A stretch of 64,000 nt of DNA from positions 544,001 through 608,000 of the forward strand of contig OZ245365.1 of the NCBI GenBank assembly GCA_965226495.1. The letters run 5' to 3'. The DNA is from Candidatus Marinacidobacterales bacterium (GTDB taxonomy: Bacteria; Acidobacteriota; Vicinamibacteria; Marinacidobacterales; DATDRI01). The translations under genes and the position numbers were made by a program. Shown piece by piece: positions 18,391 to 28,044 of the stretch. Each line of letters begins with the position of its first letter. Position 1 is the first letter of the stretch. The notes beneath the pieces are model-generated. The model had not been told where the DNA came from and did not search any database. It saw nothing but the letters and a program-made list of their open reading frames with translations.

Positions 18391-19065
18391 ATGCGCAAGC
18401 TCGTTTTGGTCAAGCATTCGCTTCCCGAGATTCGGCCTGATCGCCGAGCGGCGGAATGGGTCTTGACCGAGGAGGGGCGCAAACGGGCCGCCGCCATCGC
18501 CCGACGAATTGCCCTCCACGAACCGGCTGTGATCGGGGCTAGCAACGAGCCCAAGGCCACCGAAACGGCGGAGATCATTGCGCGCGAGCTGGGCCGGCTG
18601 GGCCACCTGGGCCACCTGGGCCACCTGGGCCACCTGGGCCACCTGGGCCACCTGGGCCACCTGGGCCACCTGGGCCACCTGGGCCACCTGGGCCACCTGG
18701 GAATGTCCGTCGAAGTCTTCGAAGGCCTCCACGAGCAGGAGCGAGGGAGCGTGGAGCTTCTCCCTGGTGGGGAGTTCGAAAGCGCGGTGGCGGAGCTATT
18801 CGCCCGGCCCGAGGAGTTGGTCTTCGGCGACGAGACGGCGACACAGGCGCTCACTCGATTTCGCGAAGCGGTGGATCGCTTCCTGGAGACTCACCCCGAC
18901 GAAAACGTCGTCCTGATTTCCCATGGCCGTGTCATCACCCTTTTGGTGGCCGACTACGCTGGAGTCGATCCCTTCCCCTTTTGGCGACGGCTGGGCCTCC
19001 CGTCGTTTGTGGTGGTGTCTCTGCCGGAGAGGAAAATACTGGAAGTCGTCGAGTCCGTGTTATAG
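18391..19065 (+). CDS. Histidine phosphatase-family protein with in-frame (GHL)11 insert
   Basis: LVLVKHS (RHG-like), LTEEGRK, PKATETAEII, GLHEQ, VLISHG; ATG at 18391. Confidence 0.8.
   Translation: MRKLVLVKHSLPEIRPDRRAAEWVLTEEGRKRAAAIARRIALHEPAVIGASNEPKATETAEIIARELGRLGHLGHLGHLGHLGHLGHLGHLGHLGHLGHLGHLGMSVEVFEGLHEQERGSVELLPGGEFESAVAELFARPEELVFGDETATQALTRFREAVDRFLETHPDENVVLISHGRVITLLVADYAGVDPFPFWRRLGLPSFVVVSLPERKILEVVESVL
18592..18699 (+). repeat. 9-bp tandem repeat (GGCCACCTG)x11 plus one degenerate unit
   Basis: Eleven perfect units 18601-18699, preceded by GGCCGGCTG. Confidence 0.97.
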
Positions 19066-21591
19066 CCAGAACTCGGTGCGGATGAAGCGGATGATGTCTC
19101 GACTGAGGACGTGGGCGATGACCGTCCAGCCGCAGTAGATCTTCGCAATACCCGTCATGCCCGGCTTCAGTGTGCGATCTTCATTGTCCATGCTGGCACG
19201 AATGAGGATCGTCGAAGTCTTTTCGCCTTCCGCAGCGATGGGAGCGATCTCCGCGACTTCGGCGTGAAAGCTTCGATGCGGGTAACCCCTCACCTTAAAC
19301 TTGACCGGATAACCGATCTCAATGGCGTCGATCTCCTTTTCCGGCACCGGCATTTCGAGGATGACGTGCTCGTCGTTCACGATCTCGCAAACGACGTCGC
19401 CTTCCTCCAAGAATTCGCCCAGTTTTTCCTGGAAACGGTAGGTGGTCAGGGTGCCGGAAATGGGTGCGAAAACACGGCTGCGGCTCAAGAGATCTTCTAA
19501 CTGAGCTAACTCGGCTTCGAACCGTTGGATGACCGCCCGCTGAGCGTCTGCATCGCGCAGGTGCAAGACCTCGATCTGCTCGTTACGGCTCGCGCGACGG
19601 GTCTTCCGCGCCAACTGCAACTCGGCCTCTTGTTGGCGCTGTTCGCTCGAAGCCCGCTCAAGTTCGGCCTGGTCTTGGTCGAACTGTTCCCGCGCCACCA
19701 AGCCGTTGGCCCAGAGCTGCTGCGTCCTTTCGAAGTCCTGTTTGGCTTTCGCCGTCTCAGCCTCCGCCGTTTCTAGGGCACGTTCCTCGACGCGAATTTC
19801 TTCCTTCCAGGTGGGGTTGAGTTTTTCTAGAAGCCGGAGCTCTTCCTGCGCCCCGTTGAGCTCGGCTTGCTTGGTCTCTTTGTCGAGGGCGAGAGACCTC
19901 GAGTCGTACTCGAGCAGGAGGTCTCCTTTCTCTACCTGCTCTCCTTCCGAGAAGGCGATGCGGGCAATCCGCCCGTCGGCGGGGGCACGCACTGTGGCGC
20001 GACCTTCCGGCAAAACATGGAGCTCGCTAGCGATGCGAAGCTGCCAAGGGCAAAATGCGATGGCCAATAGCAGGACTCCCCAAAAGAGAACGAACCGGGA
20101 ACGTCGTCGCTTCTTGCCGAGGTCTTCCCACTTTTCCTTGCCGACCGAGTGTGCGCTCGATGCGGCTTCCGAGGCCGGCTTGTGCAGAAGGCCGACCATC
20201 GCGAGGGCGAAAAAGCCCAGACCGCTCGAGCCGAACTCTTCGAAGGCCCAGCTACCCGACCAAAACGCGATGTATCCTAAGAGAAGTGCGGTATAGGTGA
20301 GCGCCGCGGCGCCGAAGAGGGTCACGAACCGATCCCCGCGGAGCGAAAGAATGTTACGTCCCGCCAGTTCGGGTCGCGGTGGCTCGGTGGAGAGATTCAA
20401 AACGAAGCGTCGGAAGAACCGGCCGAGACCGGAGAGGGCCTCTTTGCGAAGGTTGGCGATGCCCAGGTAATCCGCCAGCAGGTAGTAGCCGTCCAGCTTG
20501 ATGAGCGGGTTGAAATTGAAGAGCGTCTTGACCGCTCCCACGCCCACGATGATGAAAAAGACTCGAGACAGGAAAGCCTCCGGGGCCGCGAGCCGCCACG
20601 CCAAAACCGCTAATGCCCAGATGAAGAGCTCGAAAAACCCGCCCGCGAAGATCACCCAGAGCCGTTGCCGTTTCTCCTTGAACAGGTAGGTGTCGCTCAC
20701 GTTGCAGTAAAAGCACGGCACGAAGTACATCAAGAGAAAGCCCATGTCTTGCACTCGGCCGCCGAAGTGGCGACAGGTGACGGCATGAGCGAGCTCGTGA
20801 AGCGCGGTGACGATGGAAACGCTGATGTAGATGAGCAGCAAGCTTTCGACGCTGAAGATCGTTTCGAGACTAAAGACCAAGCTTTCGCGATTCGTAAACG
20901 CGACCCCGACCGAAGCTGCGACGGTTCCAATCATCAAGGCAACGAAACCAGGGGTCAGGCACCACCTGACTTTCGGGTAGAGCCAATCCAAAAACTTCTC
21001 AGGGTGAACGAGGGGGAGCTTCAAGAAGAGAACCTTCGACCACCAGCTCCTTTCCTGGCCGGCAGCCGGGGGCGCGAAGTGCCCTCCGACCGCGGAGCGG
21101 TTTTGGTCGACGAGGAGTCCGAGGTCGACGAACTTCTGCGCGAAGCGGCCTAGAACCTCCGGTCCGACGAGGACCTTATGGGTGTCCGAAGCGCGGCGCC
21201 GTACGTCCTCGAAGGTCGTCTGACCGTCGAATTGTGTGATCAGAAAATGCTCTAGCGCTTTCACTCGGAAGAACCGTTGTTGCACCGGATCCTTGATGAC
21301 GAAGTACGTCGTTCCCTCTTCTTCGACCTCCTGCATCACGAGGTCCGACCTGAGGGCAAGCGCCTTGCCAGAAGGCTCTTGCGTGGCGTCGAGCACCGGC
21401 CGGGCGTCGCCAGGTTGATCTTGGTCCGACCCCTGGTGCGCGAGGCGGAAGGTGAGGCCGCACCCCGGGCAGTGGATCCCCGAGGGAAACCGCCCCGCAT
21501 CCAAATGGATTTCACGGGAGCAGCGTTTACAGCGGACCGTATCTTCTGTCGCCGACACCGAGTTCCCTTCCGTCAAGTCATGCTTCGGCAA
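19060..21591 (-). CDS. Zn-ribbon + PqqD/RRE-like + M50 site-2 protease + HlyD adaptor fusion
   Basis: CKRC..CPGC; YFVIKDPVQQRFFRV...FDGQTT...FVDLGLL; HELAH and NFNPLIKLDGYY; lipoyl-like VRAPADG/VFAPISG around a coiled coil; LKPGMTG. Start may be GTG 21558. Confidence 0.85.
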   Translation of the reverse strand: MPKHDLTEGNSVSATEDTVRCKRCSREIHLDAGRFPSGIHCPGCGLTFRLAHQGSDQDQPGDARPVLDATQEPSGKALALRSDLVMQEVEEEGTTYFVIKDPVQQRFFRVKALEHFLITQFDGQTTFEDVRRRASDTHKVLVGPEVLGRFAQKFVDLGLLVDQNRSAVGGHFAPPAAGQERSWWSKVLFLKLPLVHPEKFLDWLYPKVRWCLTPGFVALMIGTVAASVGVAFTNRESLVFSLETIFSVESLLLIYISVSIVTALHELAHAVTCRHFGGRVQDMGFLLMYFVPCFYCNVSDTYLFKEKRQRLWVIFAGGFFELFIWALAVLAWRLAAPEAFLSRVFFIIVGVGAVKTLFNFNPLIKLDGYYLLADYLGIANLRKEALSGLGRFFRRFVLNLSTEPPRPELAGRNILSLRGDRFVTLFGAAALTYTALLLGYIAFWSGSWAFEEFGSSGLGFFALAMVGLLHKPASEAASSAHSVGKEKWEDLGKKRRRSRFVLFWGVLLLAIAFCPWQLRIASELHVLPEGRATVRAPADGRIARIAFSEGEQVEKGDLLLEYDSRSLALDKETKQAELNGAQEELRLLEKLNPTWKEEIRVEERALETAEAETAKAKQDFERTQQLWANGLVAREQFDQDQAELERASSEQRQQEAELQLARKTRRASRNEQIEVLHLRDADAQRAVIQRFEAELAQLEDLLSRSRVFAPISGTLTTYRFQEKLGEFLEEGDVVCEIVNDEHVILEMPVPEKEIDAIEIGYPVKFKVRGYPHRSFHAEVAEIAPIAAEGEKTSTILIRASMDNEDRTLKPGMTGIAKIYCGWTVIAHVLSRDIIRFIRTEFWL

Positions 21592-21682
21592 TGGGATGTG
21601 TCTGAGGCGACCTATTTTAGGTGAAATCCGACCGGAGGGACAAGCGGAAAAGGCAAGCCTCCGGGGGGGCGTCTCTAAACTA

Positions 21683-21711
21683 TTGAAAAAAGGTGGTCTA
21701 TTCCGTATAGT
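21683..21711 (+). promoter_or_regulatory. Putative sigma70 promoter of the carbamoyltransferase operon
   Basis: TTGAAA-N17-TATAGT, 30 nt before ATG 21742. Confidence 0.6.
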
Positions 21712-21741
21712 TATCGGCTCGAGTCATTGAAAGTCGTTCAT

Positions 21742-21981
21742 ATGCCACAGAGTCGGTCTCGTCGCGCCTGGAAGCGATGGAAGGTCATCGCCAAGAAGAT
21801 TGGGGCCTTTCAGAGTCGCGTGATTTTGACGCTCTTCTATCTCTTGATAGTTCCGGTGTTCGCTCTCATCGTAAAGCTCTTCAAGGATCCTCTCCATCTG
21901 CGGTCGCGCGAGGGTGAGTCCTATTGGCTCGAGCGGAAGACCCCTCACCCGGACGAGTCCACGGCCGGGAGGCAGTTCTAG
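21742..21981 (+). CDS. SxtJ-like small membrane protein
   Basis: WKVIAKKIGAFQSRVILTLFYLLIVP...KDPL...SYW...RQF; sits directly before a carbamoyltransferase. Confidence 0.75.
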   Translation: MPQSRSRRAWKRWKVIAKKIGAFQSRVILTLFYLLIVPVFALIVKLFKDPLHLRSREGESYWLERKTPHPDESTAGRQF

Positions 21982-21986
21982 CTGGC

Positions 21987-23771
21987 ATGTACGTCCTGGG
22001 TCTCTCTTGCTTTTTCCATGATTCTGCCGCGGCACTCCTGAAAGACGGAGTCCTGGTTGCGGCCGCGGAGGAGGAACGGTTTACTCGAAAGAAGCACGAT
22101 TACGATTTCCCGGCCAACGCCATCCAGTTCGTTTTGGATTTTGAAGGCATCAGCCCGGGAGATCTGGACTACGTCGCGTTCTTCGAAAAGCCCTTCCAGA
22201 AGTTCGAGCGGATTCTCATGACGTCGCTGCAGATGTTTCCGTGGGCGCTCCCTGTCTTCCGCGAGGCGATGATCGCTTGGATGTTGGATAAGCTGTGGGT
22301 GAGCGCGCTCATCACCGAGAGGATCGGTGTGCCGCGGGAAAAGATTCTGTTCTCCGAACATCACCTGTCCCACGCTGCGAGCGCCTATCTTTGCTCTCCT
22401 TTCGATGAAGCGGCCATTCTCACCGTCGACGGGGTCGGCGAGTGGGCCACCGCGAGCTACGGAGTCGGTCGCGGAAACGACATCCAGCTCCATCGTCAGA
22501 TCGAGTTTCCGCACTCATTGGGATTGCTCTATAGCGTCTTCACTGCCTTCCTCGGGTTTCAGGTCAACGAAGGGGAATACAAGGTGATGGGGATGGCTCC
22601 CTACGGGGAGCCTCGATACGTCGACAAGGTCTACAAACTGATTCAGAAGAGCGGCGACGGGTCGTTTCGTCTCAACATGAAGTACTTCTCCTTCCATTAC
22701 TCCGACAAGAAGTCCTTCAATCATCGTTTCGTTGAGCTCTTTGGCGAGCCGCGTCCTTCCGATCTTCTCTTTTTTACCAAGGACTCGGGATTCCCGAGCT
22801 ACTTCGGAGAGCCGCCCGCAAACTACGACGAGCTCTGTCTTTCCAACCAACACTATGCAGACATCGCGGCTAGCATTCAGCGAGTGACGGAGGAAATTCT
22901 CCTCGACATGGCGAATCATCTGCATCGAGAGACGGGGCTTCGAAGACTCTGCATGGCGGGCGGAGTCGCGCTCAACAGCGTTGCCAACGGTCGCATCCTT
23001 CGAGAAACGCCCTTCGAGGAGCTCTTCATTCAGCCGTCCGCCGGGGACGGAGGGGGTGCTCTCGGCGCAGCGCTCTGGGCCTACAACACGCTTTTGGGCA
23101 AACCGCGCCAATTCGTTCTCGAACACGCGTTTTGGGGAAAGTCATACTCTGATTCCGAAGTAAAGACTTTCCTCGACGACGAGGGCATCCGGTACGAGCG
23201 GCTAGAGGAGGATCGCCTCATCGACCGCACCGTCGACGCGCTCCAGGCCGGTGAGGTCATCGGTTGGTACCAGGGTCGGTTCGAGTGGGGGCCGCGCGCC
23301 CTAGGGCATCGATCGATCATTGCGGATCCTCGTCGGGCGGACATGAAGGACACCGTCAATACCAAGATCAAGTTTCGGGAGCCCTATCGTCCGTTCGCAC
23401 CCGCCGTGTTGAGCGGGCATGTCGACGAATACTTCGACGCGCCGGGGGTCAAGAACCTAGAGCAGCAGTATCCGGGGCGGTTCATGTTGCTCGTTTTCGA
23501 CATCAAGCCATCGAAGCACGACGTCATCCCCGCCGTCACCCACGTGGATGGAACCGGTCGCCTACAAACTGTGGTTAGGGATGGCAATTCACGGTACCAT
23601 GACGTCATCGCACGCTTCGGAGATGCCACCGGCGTGCCGATTATCATGAACACCTCGTTCAATCTTCGCGGTGAGCCGATAGTGAATACGCCGCAACAGG
23701 CCTATTCGACGTTCAGCCGGAGCGGCATGGACCGGCTGGTGTTGGGCAACTACATGGTTGAAAAGGAGTGA
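21987..23771 (+). CDS. O-carbamoyltransferase (NodU/CmcH/SxtI family)
   Basis: FFHDSAAAL, EEERFTRKKH, EHHLSHAASA, GEYKVMGMAPYG, AGGVALN, IKFREPYRPFAP, THVDGTGR, NTSFN. Confidence 0.95.
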   Translation: MYVLGLSCFFHDSAAALLKDGVLVAAAEEERFTRKKHDYDFPANAIQFVLDFEGISPGDLDYVAFFEKPFQKFERILMTSLQMFPWALPVFREAMIAWMLDKLWVSALITERIGVPREKILFSEHHLSHAASAYLCSPFDEAAILTVDGVGEWATASYGVGRGNDIQLHRQIEFPHSLGLLYSVFTAFLGFQVNEGEYKVMGMAPYGEPRYVDKVYKLIQKSGDGSFRLNMKYFSFHYSDKKSFNHRFVELFGEPRPSDLLFFTKDSGFPSYFGEPPANYDELCLSNQHYADIAASIQRVTEEILLDMANHLHRETGLRRLCMAGGVALNSVANGRILRETPFEELFIQPSAGDGGGALGAALWAYNTLLGKPRQFVLEHAFWGKSYSDSEVKTFLDDEGIRYERLEEDRLIDRTVDALQAGEVIGWYQGRFEWGPRALGHRSIIADPRRADMKDTVNTKIKFREPYRPFAPAVLSGHVDEYFDAPGVKNLEQQYPGRFMLLVFDIKPSKHDVIPAVTHVDGTGRLQTVVRDGNSRYHDVIARFGDATGVPIIMNTSFNLRGEPIVNTPQQAYSTFSRSGMDRLVLGNYMVEKE

Positions 23772-23776
23772 GGTAG

Positions 23777-23959
23777 GTGGGAAAGGCCATAGAGTCAGCG
23801 GGACGCAAGGTGAGAATCATGCAGGAGCTGATGGCGTTCCTTTGGGAGCGGAAGCTCTGGTGGATGATGCCCATGGTGTTGACCTTGCTGCTCTTCGGGA
23901 TGTTGATTTTGTTTGCCGAGTCGTCTGCGGTCGCGCCGTTCATTTACACACTGTTCTAG
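23777..23959 (+). CDS. DUF5989/SxtK-like small membrane protein
   Basis: ELMAFLWERKLWWMMP...SAVAPFIYTLF; RBS GAGG. Confidence 0.85.
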   Translation: MGKAIESAGRKVRIMQELMAFLWERKLWWMMPMVLTLLLFGMLILFAESSAVAPFIYTLF

Positions 23960-23991
23960 GTTAGCTGCGAGACGCGAGCCCCCGGTCGATA

Positions 23992-24426
23992 ATGCCGATA
24001 ATGCTCGATAAGGACAAACTCCAAGGTGAGGTCGTCCCCGTACCTCAAGGCGCCCTGAGTGACGATCCGCGCGTCATTATTAGTAGTGACACGCTTCGGC
24101 AGAATCGGATCCCCCCAAATCAGGCCCGAACCAAGAAATGGCCGGTCCTGGACGCCTTTGGGGTTCCCAGCGACGATCGCGAGACCTGGCGTTTCGAGAT
24201 CAAGGGGCTCGTGCAAACCCCGGTCTCCTTGTATTGCCACGACGGACAACCTCTACCTTCGCACCACGGCGGACCGGTTCGGTTAGTCGTACCCCAGCTC
24301 TACGCTTGGAAGAGCGCCAAGTGGGTCAAGGGTTTCGAGCTCTTTGCGGAAGACCAAGCCGGCTACTGGGAGCGCGGTGGTTATCACATGCGCGGCGACC
24401 CGTGGAAGGAAGAGCGGTTTCGCTGA
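23992..24426 (+). pseudogene. Sulfite oxidase-like molybdopterin oxidoreductase with in-frame internal deletion
   Basis: [20 protein letters not shown] joined directly to [38 protein letters not shown]. The central DFHCVT-type segment with the Mo-ligating Cys is absent. Confidence 0.78.
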
Positions 24427-24481
24427 CGAATCCGTCTCGGCCCCGCCTGCCTGCGAGCCGCGAATCGCGTAGAAGAGCCCC

Positions 24482-25462
24482 GTGATCTCGATCGTCATTC
24501 CCGTCTACAACGAGTCCGACTGCTTACCCATTCTTCACCAGCGCCTCGTCGCCGCGTCGTCCTCCTGGAACGAGGAATTCGAATGCATCCTCATAGATGA
24601 TGGGAGCGCGGACCGTTCTCTCGAATTGATGCGCGACATCGCAAGCAAAGACAAGCGCTTCAAGGTCCTCTGCTTCACCCGAAACTTCGGACATCAATCC
24701 GCGGTCACCGCAGGCTTGTGCTACGCCTCGGGCGACGTCGTCGCGGTCATGGATGCCGATCTGCAGGACCCTCCCGAGGAGCTCAAGGCGTTCATCGACA
24801 AATGCCGGGAGGGCTACGACGTTGTTTATGCCGTCCGGACCCACCGCAAGGAAGGGCCGCTCAAGCGCATGAGCTACTGGTTTTACTATCGTTTGTTGAG
24901 GTCTCTCGCCTCCGTCGACATCCCCCTCGACTCGGGCGACTTCTGTGTGATGAGCCGTCGCGTCGTCGACACCATGAACGCGCTCCCGGAGCGTAACCGC
25001 TTCGTGAGGGGTCTGCGCACCTGGGTGGGTTATCACCAGGCGGGGCTCGAATACGAGCGGGGCGCGCGCGAAGCGGGCCAACCGAAATACACTGTTCGAA
25101 CGCTTCTCAACCTGGCCCTCGACGGCATCGTGAACTTTTCCTTCAAGCCGCTTCGGGTGGTGGCTATCGTCGGTGTTCTCATCGGCGCGGCTTCGTTTGC
25201 GGCCGCCTTCCTGTTTTTTCTGCAGTATGTGACCGATACGACCATCCTGGGGTACAACCCTCGGCAGGCTCCCGGGTGGACTTCCCTCGTTCTCGCCATC
25301 TTCTTTCTTTCCGGCACCCAGCTCGTGGGCATGGGCATTCTCGGTGAGTACATCGGTCGACTCTTCGAGGAGACCAAGGCTCGTCCGACGTATCTCGTCA
25401 AGGAACAGCTCAACTTCGATCATCAAAGAAGCCTATATCCTGGCAGCCCCAGCCAACGCTAG
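24482..25462 (+). CDS. GT2 polyprenyl-phosphate glycosyltransferase (GtrB/ArnC-like)
   Basis: SIVIPVYNE, IDDGSAD, RNFGHQ, MDADLQDPP, two C-terminal TMs, GEYIGR. Confidence 0.93.
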   Translation: MISIVIPVYNESDCLPILHQRLVAASSSWNEEFECILIDDGSADRSLELMRDIASKDKRFKVLCFTRNFGHQSAVTAGLCYASGDVVAVMDADLQDPPEELKAFIDKCREGYDVVYAVRTHRKEGPLKRMSYWFYYRLLRSLASVDIPLDSGDFCVMSRRVVDTMNALPERNRFVRGLRTWVGYHQAGLEYERGAREAGQPKYTVRTLLNLALDGIVNFSFKPLRVVAIVGVLIGAASFAAAFLFFLQYVTDTTILGYNPRQAPGWTSLVLAIFFLSGTQLVGMGILGEYIGRLFEETKARPTYLVKEQLNFDHQRSLYPGSPSQR

Positions 25463-25595
25463 AACTAGCGTTCCTCGGCTGGTAAGATATTCTCAAGCTC
25501 GAAATACCTCAAAATCGATAGAAGTTCGGCTTTTCCGGGGCGCCATGCCGTCCCGAGGAGGATGGACCCGCCCTGTCGAGAGGCGGGAAACAGCC

Positions 25596-27983
25596 ATGGC
25601 TTGGCTCAAGCACATACTCGGAGAGCAAGTGCCGGATCACATCCGGGAAGCGAATCGTGCCGAGGAGGAGGGCGATTGGCGTCGGGCCGGTACTTGCTAC
25701 GAGCGGGTCGGGGACCTGCAGGGTGCGCTCGACCGGTACAAGAGGGCTCGAGATTACCCATTGTGTGCCGATCTCGCGTTGCGGATGGACCGTAGCGACC
25801 TCGCAGTGAAGTATTTCTTGCTCGCAGGGGACAAACTACAGGCGGCGGATTTGCTGAAGCAGTTGAACGAGCACCAACGCGCTGCCGAGTTGTTTGCTGA
25901 GATCGGTGCCTTCGACAACGCGGCGGCGGCATTCTTGGAGGCCGGTGATCACGTTCGTGCAGCGGAGCTCTATGCGGAGGGCGGTCATTTCTTGGAAGGG
26001 GGGGATGTCCTGGAAACCGCCGGAAAACTCTCCGAGGCTGCCGAGGCCTATAGCAAAGGCCATCACTATTCTAAGGCGGCGGCCGCTTTCGAAAAGACGG
26101 GCGACTTCGTGCGCGCGGGAAAAATCTACGAGCAAAGTGGTCGCCACGTCCATGCTGGCGAGGCGTTCGAGAAGGCGGGGGAGTTCTTGCTCGCGGCCTT
26201 GGCCTACAAGTCGCGAATTACCGACGCCGGCGTCGAAGCGCGGTATCTCGCCGAAGGACCGAAAGACCGGAGGCGGAACCTTTCGAGCCGAGCCGCTCGA
26301 TGTTTCGAAAAGGTGGGAGAACTGCCGGAAGCCGCCAGATTGCTCGAGGAAGCCGGTGACTACCGGGCCGCCGCCGAAATTGCAGAAAAGCTAGAGGAGT
26401 ACCGGCGGGCTGCCGAGCTCTACAACGCGGCGGGGGAGGCCTCGCGAGCCATCGAGATGTTCAAGCGGGCCGGGGATGATCGATCGGCGGATTCTCTCCG
26501 CGGAGAGCTGGCGCTTGATGAGGGGGATCACCAGTCGGCGGCCGAGGCTTTTCTCCGCAGCGGGGATCATGTGCGGGCGGCAGAGACATTTCTCGGTGTC
26601 GGACAATTCGAACGGGCGGCAGATTGCTACGAAGCCGTCGAGGCGTACTCCGAAGCCGCGGATGCCGCCATGCGGGCAGGCGCCAAGGCGCGCGCCGCCG
26701 CCTTCCTCGAAAAGGCCCACGACTTGGAAAAGGCCGCCGAAATCTATCAGGACATTGGGGACTCTGATCGTGCGATGGGTCTCTTTGCTGAATCGGGGCG
26801 CTTTTTCGAGGCCGCCCAGCTCGGAGGAAAGTCCTCGGCAAATCAAAGACTGGAGCTTTTGCAGCGAGTCGAGCCGGGGCACGAGAACTATCGGATGGCG
26901 GTCGAGGAGCTCGCTCAGAGTTTCATCGCAAGAGGTTGGGGCTCTCTAGCCGTCGACAAGCTCGATTCGCTTCTCGCCGGCACGGAGATTCGGGTCGAGG
27001 ATTTGAACCTGTGGGATCTTCTCGCCCAGGCATACGAGTCGCAGGGCAATCTCAAAATGGCGGCCGACTTGCTTCACAAGGTACTCGCAGTGAAGCACAA
27101 CTATGGGGACGTCGGCACTCGCCATCACGCCCTCTTGGAGCAAATAAAGGAGCAAGAGCGACGAGAGAGTGCGTTTCGCGGCGCCGATGGCATACAAGAC
27201 GGCGAGAGGTATGAGATTCAGAACCTCTTGGGTAAGGGCGGGATGGGCTCGGTCTATCGGGCTTTCGACAACCTATTGAAACGCGCCGTGGCCTATAAAG
27301 TCCTGTCGGAGAGGTTAGCCGGGGAACCGGAAGCACGGCGTCAGCTCATCGATGAGGCGCGAGCCGCGGCGTCACTCAATCACCCGAACATCATTACCGT
27401 TCACGATATCGGATTTGCCAATGGGAACACCTTCATCTGCATGGAGCTCATCGAGGGTGAAAGCTACTCCGCACTGCTCAAGAAGAAGCAGCGACTGACC
27501 ATCTTCGAAACAATGCATCTTTTCGTTTCGGTTTGTCAGGGCCTCGACCATGCTCACCACCGAGGCATCGTGCATCGAGACTTGAAACCGTCCAACCTTC
27601 TTTTGACGAACGAGGACCGTGTCAAGATCGTGGATTTTGGCTTGTCCATGCCCATCGACCAGGGTTTAGCGGGTATCGTAGCCGGAACACCGAAATACAT
27701 TGCACCCGAGCAGGCTCGAGGCGAGCCGAGCGACGCACGCTCCGATATCTACTCGTTAGGAGCCGCGCTCTATGAGCTACTCCTCGGGGAAGCACCGTTC
27801 GTCGAAGGCAATCTCATCCAGCAACATCTCTTCGCGCCGGTTCCCTCGTTACGATCGCGCGGCCTCGATGTTCCTGCGGCGCTCGATGAGCTCGTCCTGC
27901 ATGCGATGGCCAAGGATCCGTCGGAGCGTTTCCAATCCGCCGGTGAGATGATTTCCTTCGCCTCTGCAGCGCACCTTCTGTAA
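25596..27983 (+). CDS. Hanks-type Ser/Thr kinase with N-terminal alpha-solenoid repeats
   Basis: ~13-aa AAExyExAGD repeats, then GKGGMG, VAYK, HRDLKPSN, DFG, GTPKYIAPE; start ATG 25596. Confidence 0.92.
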   Translation: MAWLKHILGEQVPDHIREANRAEEEGDWRRAGTCYERVGDLQGALDRYKRARDYPLCADLALRMDRSDLAVKYFLLAGDKLQAADLLKQLNEHQRAAELFAEIGAFDNAAAAFLEAGDHVRAAELYAEGGHFLEGGDVLETAGKLSEAAEAYSKGHHYSKAAAAFEKTGDFVRAGKIYEQSGRHVHAGEAFEKAGEFLLAALAYKSRITDAGVEARYLAEGPKDRRRNLSSRAARCFEKVGELPEAARLLEEAGDYRAAAEIAEKLEEYRRAAELYNAAGEASRAIEMFKRAGDDRSADSLRGELALDEGDHQSAAEAFLRSGDHVRAAETFLGVGQFERAADCYEAVEAYSEAADAAMRAGAKARAAAFLEKAHDLEKAAEIYQDIGDSDRAMGLFAESGRFFEAAQLGGKSSANQRLELLQRVEPGHENYRMAVEELAQSFIARGWGSLAVDKLDSLLAGTEIRVEDLNLWDLLAQAYESQGNLKMAADLLHKVLAVKHNYGDVGTRHHALLEQIKEQERRESAFRGADGIQDGERYEIQNLLGKGGMGSVYRAFDNLLKRAVAYKVLSERLAGEPEARRQLIDEARAAASLNHPNIITVHDIGFANGNTFICMELIEGESYSALLKKKQRLTIFETMHLFVSVCQGLDHAHHRGIVHRDLKPSNLLLTNEDRVKIVDFGLSMPIDQGLAGIVAGTPKYIAPEQARGEPSDARSDIYSLGAALYELLLGEAPFVEGNLIQQHLFAPVPSLRSRGLDVPAALDELVLHAMAKDPSERFQSAGEMISFASAAHLL

Positions 27984-28044
27984 TCCGCTTCCTGTTCGTA
28001 TCGTTCAGACAGAACTGCCCCTGTAATTCTTCGAACGCCCTGCG

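Noticed and set aside
18330-18854. N-terminal extension of the 609-aa ORF with (PRW)n, and the (GPG)n, (WAT)n, (VAQ)n ORFs
   Set aside because: All are alternative frames of the 9-bp VNTR. The real genes are the Tat enzyme from 18329 (-) and the phosphatase from 18391 (+).
21742-23959. Saxitoxin biosynthesis
   Set aside because: Only the sxtIJK-like trio is present; no sxtA, sxtG or other core genes.
25344-25595. Upstream-extended ORF starts at 25344, 37840, 21924, 15330 and 29013
   Set aside because: The extensions overlap neighbouring genes or lack family features; downstream starts fit the RBS or domain boundary better.
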